Shown here: one piece after another, positions 34,901 through 45,248 of the stretch
Layout of the letters: each line of letters begins with the position of its first letter
Numbering within the stretch: position 1 is the stretch's first letter
From: Cyanophora paradoxa CCMP329
Lineage: Eukaryota > Plantae > Glaucophyta
Direction of reading: 5' to 3'
DNA length: 64,000 nt
NCBI GenBank assembly: GCA_004431415.1
Contig: QPMI01000682.1
Span: 1 to 64,000, forward strand
Notes under the pieces: generated by a model
What the model saw: the letters and a program-made list of their open reading frames with translations, nothing else
The model's database searches: none
What the model was told of the DNA's origin: nothing
Translations under genes and position numbers: made by a program

Positions 34901-37900
34901 TGAGTGCACGCCCGCGTCGCGGCCGTGGGCGTCGCGGCCGCACAGATGCTTGGATTCCTGGCGAGGCGACGTGCTTCTGAGCACTCGGGCGGCCCGGGGC
35001 CTCCCAACCCCGCCGCAGCGGACTCCGCGCGCGCGCGCGCCAGCTGGAGGAGGTATCTCTCGGCCGAGGAGCACAGGTCGCCGGCTGCGGCCGGCGATGC
35101 TGTGCGCCCGCCGGTTTTCACCCGGGCTCTCACGGGCTCCGGTTTCCGGCCCTCCCTGGGGTTAGTTGGCCTTGCTCTCTTAGTGCGCTTCTTCCCTGCC
35201 AAATTGAGGGCTATAGTTCAGGCTCAGCCGCTTCGACCTCATCCTCGCTTATACATCGGTCCTCTCTGTAGGCGCCCTTGTCCTGAGGGGGTTATAGTAG
35301 CTCTGCTCTGCTTCGGCTCTCTAGGCAGGTGTAGGCAGTGTTTCTAGGCAGGTATAGGCCCCTTTCTCCAGTACAATAGCTCCACCCGGTCCGATGTCCG
35401 AAAGGCTTGTTCCCGTAGGCTCATCTCTCGACTTGACACAGATGGACACTGCAGTCATATCCCTAGCCATTTGTCTCGGTGTGTGCGAATTCATTTGTTA
35501 GCTAGGCGATCTTGCCGTCCGGGGTACTCGATTCGCGCCCCCAGGGGTACGCGAATTCGAGGGGGTACAGCATTTTGAGCCACGAATACGAAAACAAAGT
35601 CTCCTCAACAGGAGAAAGATAACCCATCCGCATGACAGCCATTGAAATAAGGCCCGCGGAATGGGGCCAGGCCGGAGCCTGGGGGCCCTGGGAAAAGCAA
35701 CAGAAACCCAGCCCAAATCGGCGGCCTACAAAAAGGCGGTTGATATCTATGCTGTGAGCAGACCTGCGTGATCCTGACTCAACAGCTGAAGTGTTCGTAG
35801 AAGATGACTGTGAAGCTGCGCAGAAAGTTGCATTTGAGGAATGTGAAGCTGTACGGAAATTCGAAGGTAGCTGATCGATTGTGATGGTGCAGCAGTTGAA
35901 AGGTAGTACTAGTGATGAAATGAAAGGAAGCAAAACTTGAAATTAAAGAAGACTCCCATACTCTGGGGCGATTATTAATCCCGCAGCTGTCATTCTTGAG
36001 GTCGCCGGCCCGGCTCATGTCAAGCACAATTGCTTGATCATGATCGATCATCGGATATCTTGAGTTACGCCTGGCGCTGGCGAGAGTTTTATCTAGGACG
36101 TCCACTGCGCCTGCCCGCCATTGAGTCCTGTGCATAGGTGAAGCTGGGGACAGTGGGAGGGTCGGCAAAAGCCGCGAGAGCCCGAGCCTGCGCTAGCCGG
36201 CTCGGGTACACAAAATCTGAGCCTGAAGGGGGCGTACGCAAGCGGCGCCGCGGGGGAAGGCGTCACGCTGCCTTCCGCACTCCGCGCAGCCTTGCTCGAA
36301 GAAGACAGATTACTCTCACGCCTTGCTGGAGTAATCCACTCTTCTTCTACGTGACGGCCCGCCGCTGCGCGCGGCCGTTCGCTGCCGCGCCCGCTCGCCC
36401 GCTGCGAGTTGGGAAATGGGCCTCGGCGCGCATGCGCAGCTGCAGGGTAAAAAGAGGAAGCAGGCAGCTGCTCATCGAGCCGTGGCCGGGGCCGCACAGC
36501 ATCAGAGGAGGCCGATTGGGAGGGCCCCAGGGCCCGAAAAGGATAGACCACGTATTGCCTCGCAGGCGTGGTTGGGGAGGATATCTCTTCGCTCCCCGTG
36601 TGCCGAGGGGTAGGCGATCTTGCCGGGATTCGCGTACCCCGACCTGGAGAGAAAGTAGGTAGCGGGCTCCTGCCCGCTGGGCGCCTCTCCGGCTGCCGCG
36701 AATCGCCTCGGCGGTGCCTTTTAGCCCTCCTCTAGCTGGTTAGCCGCGCGTCCGTTAGGAATCCGCTCCGTGGGTCGGTTCGGCGAGCTACTCCAGCGGA
36801 CACCAGCGGCGGCTTCAGCAGCTGCTCTCTCGTTCAGCCCAAGCACTTCTCTGCGGCAGCGATCGGCTGCCCGCGGCTATGGGGCCGGCGACATGTGCTG
36901 CGCCCGCGCAGATGATCGTCGGTCGTGTGAGTGCACGCCCGCGTCGCGGCCGTGGGCGTCGCGGCCGCACAGATGCTTGGATTCCTGGCGAGGCGACGTG
37001 CTTCTGAGCACTCGGGCGGCCCGGGGCCTCCCAACCCCCGCCGCAGCGGACTCCGCGCGCGCGCGCGCCAGCTGGAGGAGGTATCTCTCGGCCGAGGAGC
37101 ACAGGTCGCCGGCTGCGGCCGGCGATGCTGTGCGCCCGCCGGTTTTCACCCGGGCTCTCACGGGCTCCGGTTTCCGGCCCTCCCTGGGGTTAGTTGGCCT
37201 TGCTCTCTTAGTGCGCTTCTTCCCTGCCAAATTGAGGGCTATAGTTCAGGCTCAGCCGCTTCGACCTCATCCTCGCTTATACATCGGTCCTCTCTGTAGG
37301 CGCCCTTGTCCTGAGGGGGGTTATAGTAGCTCTGCTCTGCTTCGGCTCTCTAGGCAGGTGTAGGCAGTGTTTCTAGGCAGGTATAGGCCCCTTTCTCCAG
37401 TACAATAGCTCCACCCGGTCCGATGTCCGAAAGGCTTGTTCCCGTAGGCTCATCTCTCGACTTGACACAGATGGACACTGCAGTCATATCCCTAGCCATT
37501 TGTCTCGGTGTGTGCGAATTCATTTGTTAGCTAGGCGATCTTGCCGTCCGGGGTACTCGATTCGCGCCCCCAGGGGTACGCGAATTCGAGGGGGTACAGC
37601 ATTTTGAGCCACGAATACGAAAACAAAGTCTCCTCAACAGGAGAAAGATAACCCATCCGCATGACAGCCATTGAAATAAGGCCCGCGGAATGGGGCCAGG
37701 CCGGAGCCTGGGGCCCTGGGAAAAGCAACAGAAACCCAGCCCAAATCGGCGGCCTACAAAAAGGCGGTTGATATCTATGCTGTGAGCAGACCTGCGTGAT
37801 CCTGACTCAACAGCTGAAGTGTTCGTAGAAGATGACTGTGAAGCTGCGCAGAAAGTTGCATTTGAGGAATGTGAAGCTGTACGGAAATTCGAAGGTAGCT

Positions 37901-39279
37901 GATCGATTGTGATGGTGCAGCAGTTGAAAGGTAGTACTAGTGATGAAATGAAAGGAAGCAAAACTTGAAATTAAAGAAGACTCCCATACTCTGGGGCGAT
38001 TATTAATCCCGCAGCTGTCATTCTTGAGGTCGCCGGCCCGGCTCATGTCAAGCACAATTGCTTGATCATGATCGATCATCGGATATCTTGAGTTACGCCT
38101 GGCGCTGGCGAGAGTTTTATCTAGGACGTCCACTGCGCCTGCCCGCCATTGAGTCCTGTGCATAGGTGAAGCTGGGGACGGTGGGAGGGTCGGCAAAAGC
38201 CGCGAGAGCCCGAGCCTGCGCTAGCCGGCTCGGGTACACAAAATCTGAGCCTGAAGGGGGCGTACGCAAGCGGCGCCGCGGGGGAAGGCGTCACGCTGCC
38301 TTCCGCACTCCGCGCAGCCTTGCTCGAAGAAGACAGATTACTCTCACGCCTTGCTGGAGTAATCCACTCTTCTTCTACGTGACGGCCCGCCGCTGCGCGC
38401 GGCCGTTCGCTGCCGCGCCCGCTCGCCCGCTGCGAGTTGGGAAATGGGCCTCGGCGCGCATGCGCAGCTGCAGGGTAAAAAGAGGAAGCAGGCAGCTGCT
38501 CATCGAGCCGTGGCCGGGGCCGCACAGCATCAGAGGAGGCCGATTGGGAGGGCCCCAGGGCCCGAAAAGGATAGACCACGTATTGCCTCGCAGGCGTGGT
38601 TGGGGAGGATATCTCTTCGCTCCCCGTGTGCCGAGGGGTAGGCGATCTTGCCGGGATTCGCGTACCCGACCTGGAGAGAAAGTAGGTAGCGGGCTCCTGC
38701 CCGCTGGGCGCCTCTCCGGCTGCCGCGAATCGCCTCGGCGGTGCCTTTTAGCCCTCCTCTAGCTGGTTAGCCGCGCGTCCGTTAGGAATCCGCTCCGTGG
38801 GTCGGTTCGGCGAGCTACTCCAGCGGACACCAGCGGCGGCTTCAGCAGCTGCTCTCTCGTTCAGCCCAAGCACTTCTCTGCGGCAGCGATCGGCTGCCCG
38901 CGGCTATGGGGCCGGCGACATGTGCTGCGCCCGCGCAGATGATCGTCGGTCGTGTGAGTGCACGCCCGCGTCGCGGCCGTGGGCGTCGCGGCCGCACAGA
39001 TGCTTGGATTCCTGGCGAGGCGACGTGCTTCTGAGCACTCGGGCGGCCCGGGGCCTCCCAACCCCCGCCGCAGCGGACTCCGCGCGCGCGCGCGCCAGCT
39101 GGAGGAGGTATCTCTCGGCCGAGGAGCACAGGTCGCCGGCTGCGGCCGGCGATGCTGTGCGCCCGCCGGTTTTCACCCGGGCTCTCACGGGCTCCGGTTT
39201 CCGGCCCTCCCTGGGGTTAGTTGGCCTTGCTCTCTTAGTGCGCTTCTTCCCTGCCAAATTGAGGGCTATAGTTCAGGCT
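31970..39279 (-). repeat. Tandem array of ~3.6 copies of a ~2.03-kb unit (A + spacer + B with the 904-bp insert), inverted relative to the DIRS element
   Basis: The landmark GGACGTCCACTGCG occurs at 32041, 34070, 36096 and 38124 (periods 2029, 2026, 2028). The unit is the reverse complement of ~29695-31723. Confidence 0.95.
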
Positions 39280-39288
39280 GATATCTTT

Positions 39289-40200
39289 TCAATCGCTCCC
39301 CAACGCTAAAACCTCCAACTGAAACGAATTATCTATGCCGTTCATATCTACAAGATCACCATAATAATCACGAAACTCTACTGTTAACTCTTTAATCACC
39401 AAATTACGATCGTTGATTTTTACATACTCGCTCACTTCTCCGGTGTGATAGATGTATTTCCCGATGTCCTGACTTAATTGTAATCGCATTATTGCGCCTT
39501 GGTTCTGCGGTTGTGATCGCGGTACTATATTATGGTTGGATGCAAATGGTGCGAGTTCTTTGATGTGCATGTATAAATACTGTTCAGCGTTCATATCCGC
39601 CATCTTTGGACTAACCGCTTTAAACGCCAATGCTAATGGATCTGCTCCTTCAAATGTAATTCCCCACTGTGGGTGATCTGGTGTTATTGGTGTTCTTTCA
39701 TATGATAAGAAATTTTCAGGTGCAAATCGCGACCTGTTTCCTTCAATAAAGTGTTGTACGCTTTCTAATAGTTCTGTGGAGCTGAGACCAAGTAATTTTG
39801 CGATTCTATTGTTTGCTGCGATGAGTTCAAAAGGGAAATTACAATAAAACTCCAATTTGTATGTAGTCGGGTTGTAATAAATTTTAAAGTATATTGTTTC
39901 GGTAGCATTTGTTTCATAGTTTAACCCATAGTTATAAGGATGAGTGACCCCAAAATGACCTTGATTTATGTAACCACTCGGTAATGGGAATAGATGCTGA
40001 TTAATATCAACGCCATTGACTTTATAACTTATGACAATATAATCGGTTCCAATCGAATTATAAATGCTGTTCGGAATCTCTGCATATATAACTCGACATT
40101 CTCGCGGTCTGGTTATTGGTGTTGTGAGTGCAACCTTGTAAGAGTTTTCTTTTTGTCCAAACTGTCGATCTCTACTATCGACATTGACAAGCCGAATCAT
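39289..40200 (-). CDS. Minor capsid (penton) protein 1
   Basis: N-terminal VNVDSRDR..YKVAL..YAEIPNSIYN and C-terminal IKELTVEFRDYYGDLVDMNGIDNSFQLEV match the Polinton/PLV single-jelly-roll penton pattern. ATG at 40200. Confidence 0.8.
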   Translation of the reverse strand: MIRLVNVDSRDRQFGQKENSYKVALTTPITRPRECRVIYAEIPNSIYNSIGTDYIVISYKVNGVDINQHLFPLPSGYINQGHFGVTHPYNYGLNYETNATETIYFKIYYNPTTYKLEFYCNFPFELIAANNRIAKLLGLSSTELLESVQHFIEGNRSRFAPENFLSYERTPITPDHPQWGITFEGADPLALAFKAVSPKMADMNAEQYLYMHIKELAPFASNHNIVPRSQPQNQGAIMRLQLSQDIGKYIYHTGEVSEYVKINDRNLVIKELTVEFRDYYGDLVDMNGIDNSFQLEVLALGSD

Positions 40201-40228
40201 TTTATTATATGAATATAGATTAAAGAAA

Positions 40229-41239
40229 ATGCCCGTGGAATATGTTGAAGTGTCTTCATTCAAACAACTACCTAACCTTGATGCTCCAACATCGCGATTC
40301 ATTGCCGATCTCCCTAAAACATTCGATGATGTGAGAGCGGTTCGACTTGTTTCGGCTGAGTTCTATAATTCCATTCCAATCATTAGCGGTGATTCGGTCA
40401 CTGGGGATGCAACGGTAGAGGATGCCTTCACAATCAATTACAGTATTGCAAACGCAAACGTTAATTCTACAAAAGCGCCCGCCCCTGGTTTTGATGAGTG
40501 GTCAAGTATTCGACCTGGAATAGGTATGGGTTTGGAAGTCATCAATACTCACCAAGAACTGGCTGATCGAATAACCTACCTTTTTACGAGACAAACACCA
40601 AATCCCGGAATTGTTTGTAAATGGGACCCTGCAAATAAGCGGTTTGTATTCTACGCTCCGCATGAATTCTATATTGCATTCGTGATAGATAAAGACCCAA
40701 AGGTATCCGGTGCCGAAGCGGGTAACCGTCGCGCTCGCGTTTTAGGTCTCGATGCTGGGCGTAGAGGCAACCGATATATCAAATCGAGTATTTACACTGC
40801 TCAAACAGATCCCGTATTTACAGGTGCAAATGTACATGGGATCATTTCAACTTTCCCAACTGAAACGTGTAAGGATAATGTAATATTTGTGAGAGTAAAA
40901 GAACTCGGTGACCTCATCCAATGCGCCGATGGTCTTCTCACTGGATATTTTCATAAGTTGACTGTTCAAGATAAAAATTTCGCTGAACACATAATATATA
41001 ATTCGACGGAAGCAAACCCGCTGTATAAATACTATAATAAGAAAATGTCACTATCGCAACTGTCGGTAGATATAGTGAATTCTCAGAATCAATTAATAGA
41101 TTTCGAAGGTCAACCTGTGCATCTGACATTCGAAATCCGTTATGGCGATGAACCCGCTGGTGATCCCATTTATGAATATTTCAAAATGAGAATGAGAGAA
41201 ACCCACCCCTTCTATCCAAATATTGCCGGATTTGCGTAA
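40229..41239 (+). CDS. Minor capsid (penton) protein 2
   Basis: RFIADLPKTFDDVRAVRLVSAEFYNS..LSQLSVDIVNSQNQLIDFEGQPVHLTFEI follows the same penton pattern. ATG at 40229. Confidence 0.78.
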   Translation: MPVEYVEVSSFKQLPNLDAPTSRFIADLPKTFDDVRAVRLVSAEFYNSIPIISGDSVTGDATVEDAFTINYSIANANVNSTKAPAPGFDEWSSIRPGIGMGLEVINTHQELADRITYLFTRQTPNPGIVCKWDPANKRFVFYAPHEFYIAFVIDKDPKVSGAEAGNRRARVLGLDAGRRGNRYIKSSIYTAQTDPVFTGANVHGIISTFPTETCKDNVIFVRVKELGDLIQCADGLLTGYFHKLTVQDKNFAEHIIYNSTEANPLYKYYNKKMSLSQLSVDIVNSQNQLIDFEGQPVHLTFEIRYGDEPAGDPIYEYFKMRMRETHPFYPNIAGFA

Positions 41240-41291
41240 ATTAAGGATCATTCACAGAATTTTTATATTTCTCTATTGTAAAAGAGAAATC

Positions 41292-42692
41292 ATGGATGTC
41301 ACTACAACTCTTCAACGTCTTTCCCTCAAAGAGGCGCTAACCACGCCCGAAGAGGCAAAGGCGTTTTTCCTCGATAACTCGCTCATGCTCGGTCTGGAAG
41401 CGAAGACGAAACCCGTTCTCGTAACCGTTAGTCCATCAACAACCTACGATAACAACGTTGGTCAACGCGTTTCTTTCAAACTTCCCCGCTACAATTTCAT
41501 CGGTAAAATCGAACTCGCTTTTGATCTTCCCGAACTAACCGCTTTCGAAGGCGATACTGATCTTGTGCGAAACGGTTACACTCGCCCCGTGGGTTCGCTT
41601 GTACAACGCCTTGAAATCTCTTACGGTTCTTACACTTTCCACGTCCCGTCAGATTTCCTGGCGATTTTCCCGCTGGTCTACTATTCAGAGGATCAGTTGG
41701 CGAAAAAGAAGCGTTCTATGGGAATGCTCCATGGAATTCCCGCTCACGGAACCAACCGTAAAGGTGGCGCTTTCTTCGTTGAAATCCCGGTACCGTGGTT
41801 GAACCACTACCTACCACTCGGTGCGCTCTCGGGTGAGATGGTTGTTACTGTTTGGTTCAAAGAAGCTAACAAGGGTTACCTTGAAACTTCTTATGGTGGT
41901 CGTTCTCTTCCGGTTGTTGGATCCACTGCTGCGGATCAAACCGCAAATGACGGTCTCGGAAATGCTACGAGCGTTACTCTTGCTAATGTTGGTCAAAACA
42001 TCACCACAGGCGGTATTACTGGGTTTGAAGTTGCTGGAACTGTTCCACCAATGACCCATTACATCTCCATTAAGTCTCCTCGCCTTTACATGCATGCTAT
42101 CAATGTTTCCGATGAACTGTTCGCTACGGTTATTGAGAAGGTCAAGACAACCGGTATGGCGATTCCATCACTCGACATTGGTTTCGTCGATGTCACCGGT
42201 TTTGCTGCGAAAGGTAACACTCAACCCAACCGAATTAACCTTAGCCAAATCTCCGGTCTGGTTTATGCTCTTCTTGTCTCTGTCCGTGATGATGCGGGTA
42301 TCGATTCTTCTAACGGTTCTCACAGCGTCCTTAAAACGCTTGCGAATGAGAAGGATATCACGATGACTTGTGAGATCAACGGACAACGTCTTTATTCGAC
42401 GGAGCCAATCCCGCTACTCAAAGGTGCGGAACTCATCGCCGATGCCTTCAAATGCTCGAACATGGACAAAGAAGCAAACCGTTACGTTCTTACAGGTCTA
42501 CCTTTCTGCGCTGACGGTGAGAAGGCGATTCGCAACATTGCCCAATCAGGATATGTTGACCTTCCGAACTCGTCGTCATCGTTCCTAACCCTGTATCTCC
42601 CTGCCGATCGCACAATTACTGTTAACGTTCGCGCTCTCATGCACAGCTATATAATTTGTGATAAAGACGGTGTCCGTAGAATTAATATGTAA
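41292..42692 (+). CDS. Double-jelly-roll major capsid protein (466 aa)
   Basis: GQRVSFKLPRYNFIGKIELAFDLPEL..SLVQRLEISYG..FFVEIPVPW..YLPLGAL resembles DJR MCP N-terminal strands. Size and position between penton and ATPase fit. Confidence 0.8.
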   Translation: MDVTTTLQRLSLKEALTTPEEAKAFFLDNSLMLGLEAKTKPVLVTVSPSTTYDNNVGQRVSFKLPRYNFIGKIELAFDLPELTAFEGDTDLVRNGYTRPVGSLVQRLEISYGSYTFHVPSDFLAIFPLVYYSEDQLAKKKRSMGMLHGIPAHGTNRKGGAFFVEIPVPWLNHYLPLGALSGEMVVTVWFKEANKGYLETSYGGRSLPVVGSTAADQTANDGLGNATSVTLANVGQNITTGGITGFEVAGTVPPMTHYISIKSPRLYMHAINVSDELFATVIEKVKTTGMAIPSLDIGFVDVTGFAAKGNTQPNRINLSQISGLVYALLVSVRDDAGIDSSNGSHSVLKTLANEKDITMTCEINGQRLYSTEPIPLLKGAELIADAFKCSNMDKEANRYVLTGLPFCADGEKAIRNIAQSGYVDLPNSSSSFLTLYLPADRTITVNVRALMHSYIICDKDGVRRINM

Positions 42693-42752
42693 ACCATTAT
42701 TAGTAAGACTTCGTTATTTTTATCTATCTTTATTAAGAAGATCTACAACACC

Positions 42753-43535
42753 ATGGTGGATTTAGAAGAGTTTAATGCCGCTGAAATGATTACACCGCCA
42801 TTTCGTGTCTTAGCAATTGGAAAATCTGCAACGGGCAAGTCAGAAGCCGTAAAGTATTGGTTAAAGCAACTTCATGATGCGAAAAAGATAGATGTAGTTC
42901 TTGTTATAAGTGGGACATCATTCAATCATTTTTGGGATGATATCGCTACATTACAACTCGGTAAATGGGATGCGCCTTACATTTCTAAACTTCTCGATGA
43001 AAGACAGGAGAAAATAGAGAAAGGAGAACCCGTTAACCAATTGTGTATTATCCTGGATGATTTGATAGATAATGAGTTAGTTGACCTTAGCCGTGATAAA
43101 ATAATTGGCTCTGTGTATTCGCGCGGAAGACATGCGATGGTGTCCTGCTGCTGCATAACTCAGAAATTGCGTAAGGTTTCTTCAACCATTCGCGTTAATT
43201 CGGATTATGCGATGTTTCTTAGCGCCGCCAATCGCAAAGAACTGGAAGCGATTGAAGAAGAATACAATATTATGCGGGATAAAGACGCTTTCTATAAGAT
43301 GTTTGAGGAGTATGTACATTCCTATCAGTTTCTCATTTGGTCATCCGCTGATTATTCGGTAAAGTATTATGTAGATAAAGCGGAACTGGTTAAAAACTTT
43401 GGATTCCCACGGTTTCATCGGAAGCCCAAAAAGAAAGAAGATGAATTACAACCACCACAGAAAGAAGAAGCGCCGAAAGAGATTAAAAGCGCTGTTCATA
43501 CTAATAAGTTGATGCGATATAAGAGAGGACTTTAA
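42753..43535 (+). CDS. A32-like (FtsK-HerA) genome packaging ATPase
   Basis: Walker A GKSATGKS, Walker B CIILDD, arginine finger RGRH, then ITQ and IRVNSDY. Confidence 0.92.
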   Translation: MVDLEEFNAAEMITPPFRVLAIGKSATGKSEAVKYWLKQLHDAKKIDVVLVISGTSFNHFWDDIATLQLGKWDAPYISKLLDERQEKIEKGEPVNQLCIILDDLIDNELVDLSRDKIIGSVYSRGRHAMVSCCCITQKLRKVSSTIRVNSDYAMFLSAANRKELEAIEEEYNIMRDKDAFYKMFEEYVHSYQFLIWSSADYSVKYYVDKAELVKNFGFPRFHRKPKKKEDELQPPQKEEAPKEIKSAVHTNKLMRYKRGL

Positions 43536-43563
43536 AATTATCTTCATTATTATTAAAGATACA

Positions 43564-44295
43564 ATGCCGCCGAAACGTAGAGGTGTTCCCGCTGGTGCTA
43601 TTTCATATTCCGGCGGTGAAAGTTATGGATCTCTCAATACTACACCAATGAAATTTGACGGAGTCAATCAAGTAAAAGCAACTCAACAAGAAGAAGACCC
43701 TTTAAATGCCGCTTATGAAGAAGCGCCCGGCGATAAAGCGCCTCAAACATCACAAAGTGATCAGTTGAACATTTCCCCCGAAGTCTCGAAGATGAAGGCG
43801 GTCGGTGAAGGTGCGCGTCGGCTTATCGGTGCCGCTGATGATCGCGAACTTGGTCTTAAAGATCTTTCACTCGCTCGCAAGGGTGAAGGTGTTTCCAAAG
43901 AATCCGACAAGGTAATTCAATCGATGGCGGGTGAAGTTACTTACAAGGTTGCGCCAACTCAAAACATCCACCGAATCCCGAAGGCTCAATGGGACGAGAT
44001 GACCGCTAAACTAAAAGACCTTGAAGCAAAGTCAAGCGCGCTTGAACAGTATGTAACAGAGAAGAAAGAACGCGCTAAAATTAAGGAGATGCTGCGTAAA
44101 GAAGTTTTCCGAATGGGAATTACTGGTGTTCCCGATAAACAATTTATTGGTAAGAAAGAGACACAAATAGATGAGCAAGCGGTAGATGAAATGAAGACAA
44201 AGACACAAAAGGGAACCATTGAACCTGGCGCTACAAAAGCGGAAGTAGAGAAAGCCGTAGCACCAACAGTATACAAGCGGAGAGTTTGGTTATAA
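43564..44295 (+). CDS. Hypothetical charged, coiled-coil viral protein
   Basis: 243-aa ORF with an ATG after an AT-rich leader; no recognisable motif. Confidence 0.7.
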   Translation: MPPKRRGVPAGAISYSGGESYGSLNTTPMKFDGVNQVKATQQEEDPLNAAYEEAPGDKAPQTSQSDQLNISPEVSKMKAVGEGARRLIGAADDRELGLKDLSLARKGEGVSKESDKVIQSMAGEVTYKVAPTQNIHRIPKAQWDEMTAKLKDLEAKSSALEQYVTEKKERAKIKEMLRKEVFRMGITGVPDKQFIGKKETQIDEQAVDEMKTKTQKGTIEPGATKAEVEKAVAPTVYKRRVWL

Positions 44296-44321
44296 ATATA
44301 TATCTTTTAAAGAGGAAATCA

Positions 44322-44570
44322 ATGGACTTTTTACAAAAGATCATAGAGATGTTTAATCTCCATGTGGTAAGCAACTGTCACAGTGGATGTTGTGATACAA
44401 CCGTTGAGCTTGGTTTTTCAGATACCGAAGATAATGTGACGGAAGGTAGAGGATCCCGGAGACATTCGGTAGACTCCACCCATTCAGAAGCGGCTTCAAA
44501 TGGTCGCCGGTTTTCCGTAGATCAAAGCGATGATTTACGAAGACAAGCGTTTGAACATCGCGGTAATTAA
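44322..44570 (+). CDS. Small hypothetical viral protein with an N-terminal SxCxSxCC motif
   Basis: ATG at 44322 after an AT-rich TAAAG leader; 82 aa. Confidence 0.55.
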   Translation: MDFLQKIIEMFNLHVVSNCHSGCCDTTVELGFSDTEDNVTEGRGSRRHSVDSTHSEAASNGRRFSVDQSDDLRRQAFEHRGN

Positions 44571-44594
44571 AATATTTGTAATAAGTATCGAATA

Positions 44595-44720
44595 ATGCTT
44601 GAAGAAGTCTACAATATCATCTTAGCGAAACGTCAGATTTATGCCGTTAAATCTGCAATTGAAGAACGTAGACAGGAGCTTGTCCGGTCGCCAAAAATTG
44701 ACAACCCAAAAAGGATTTAA
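44595..44720 (+). CDS. Very small hypothetical viral protein (41 aa, MLEEVYNIILAK..)
   Basis: The ORF fills the gap between its neighbours and follows an AT-rich leader. It is below the length cut-off of the ORF track. Confidence 0.4.
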   Translation: MLEEVYNIILAKRQIYAVKSAIEERRQELVRSPKIDNPKRI

Positions 44721-44772
44721 AGGTACTGCGATATTACACACTGATAAAATATTTTCTCTGCTTAAAATAAGG

Positions 44773-45035
44773 ATGGCTGCGTTTGCCGATGATGTTAGCG
44801 TTGTTGAACTTGAATTTGATAGCGACGAATCCATGGATTCTCCCACTGCGAAAAATGTAACAAGCGCTGATGGTATCAGTTATAGAATCCGTAAAATCAT
44901 TGCTCAACGCAATAGATATAATGAGGATGCCGAATATCGCGAACTGAAAAGAAGAAGGTATTAGAAGCGTATTACCGTCGTAAAGCGGAGGAGGGAACCA
45001 ATATGGGAAAGCGTGGAAGACCGCGCAAGTATTGA
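44773..45035 (+). CDS. Small basic protein with a C-terminal AT-hook (one frameshift near 44950)
   Basis: MAAFADD..RYNEDAEYREL continues in a shifted frame as KKKVLEAYYRRKAEEGTNMGKRGRPRKY*. Confidence 0.6.
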
Positions 45036-45248
45036 ATAGAAAACCCCCAATTGCCGCTGGACATCATTTCTTATTTTTCGAGCGGCTTACCGATTATATT
45101 CGGTAATTCCGTTACCATTTCTCGATTGCCCCGATTTAATTGATCTATTTCCCGATACGGAGGAAAAAGTATTTAAAGACAAGGCGCCAAAAAATGACAA
45201 GGAAGAAAAATATTTTCTCAACCTATTGTAGAAAAGAGAAAGTTGAAA

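Noticed and set aside
31970-39279. Array interpreted as rDNA, a spliced-leader/snRNA repeat or CRISPR
   Set aside because: No rRNA or snRNA signatures and no repeat-spacer structure. The unit is fully explained by the retrotransposon's 3' module.
29284-39309. Recurring 100-200 aa ORFs in the terminal repeats and tandem array
   Set aside because: Frames differ between copies through indels and there are no protein motifs, so these are treated as non-coding.
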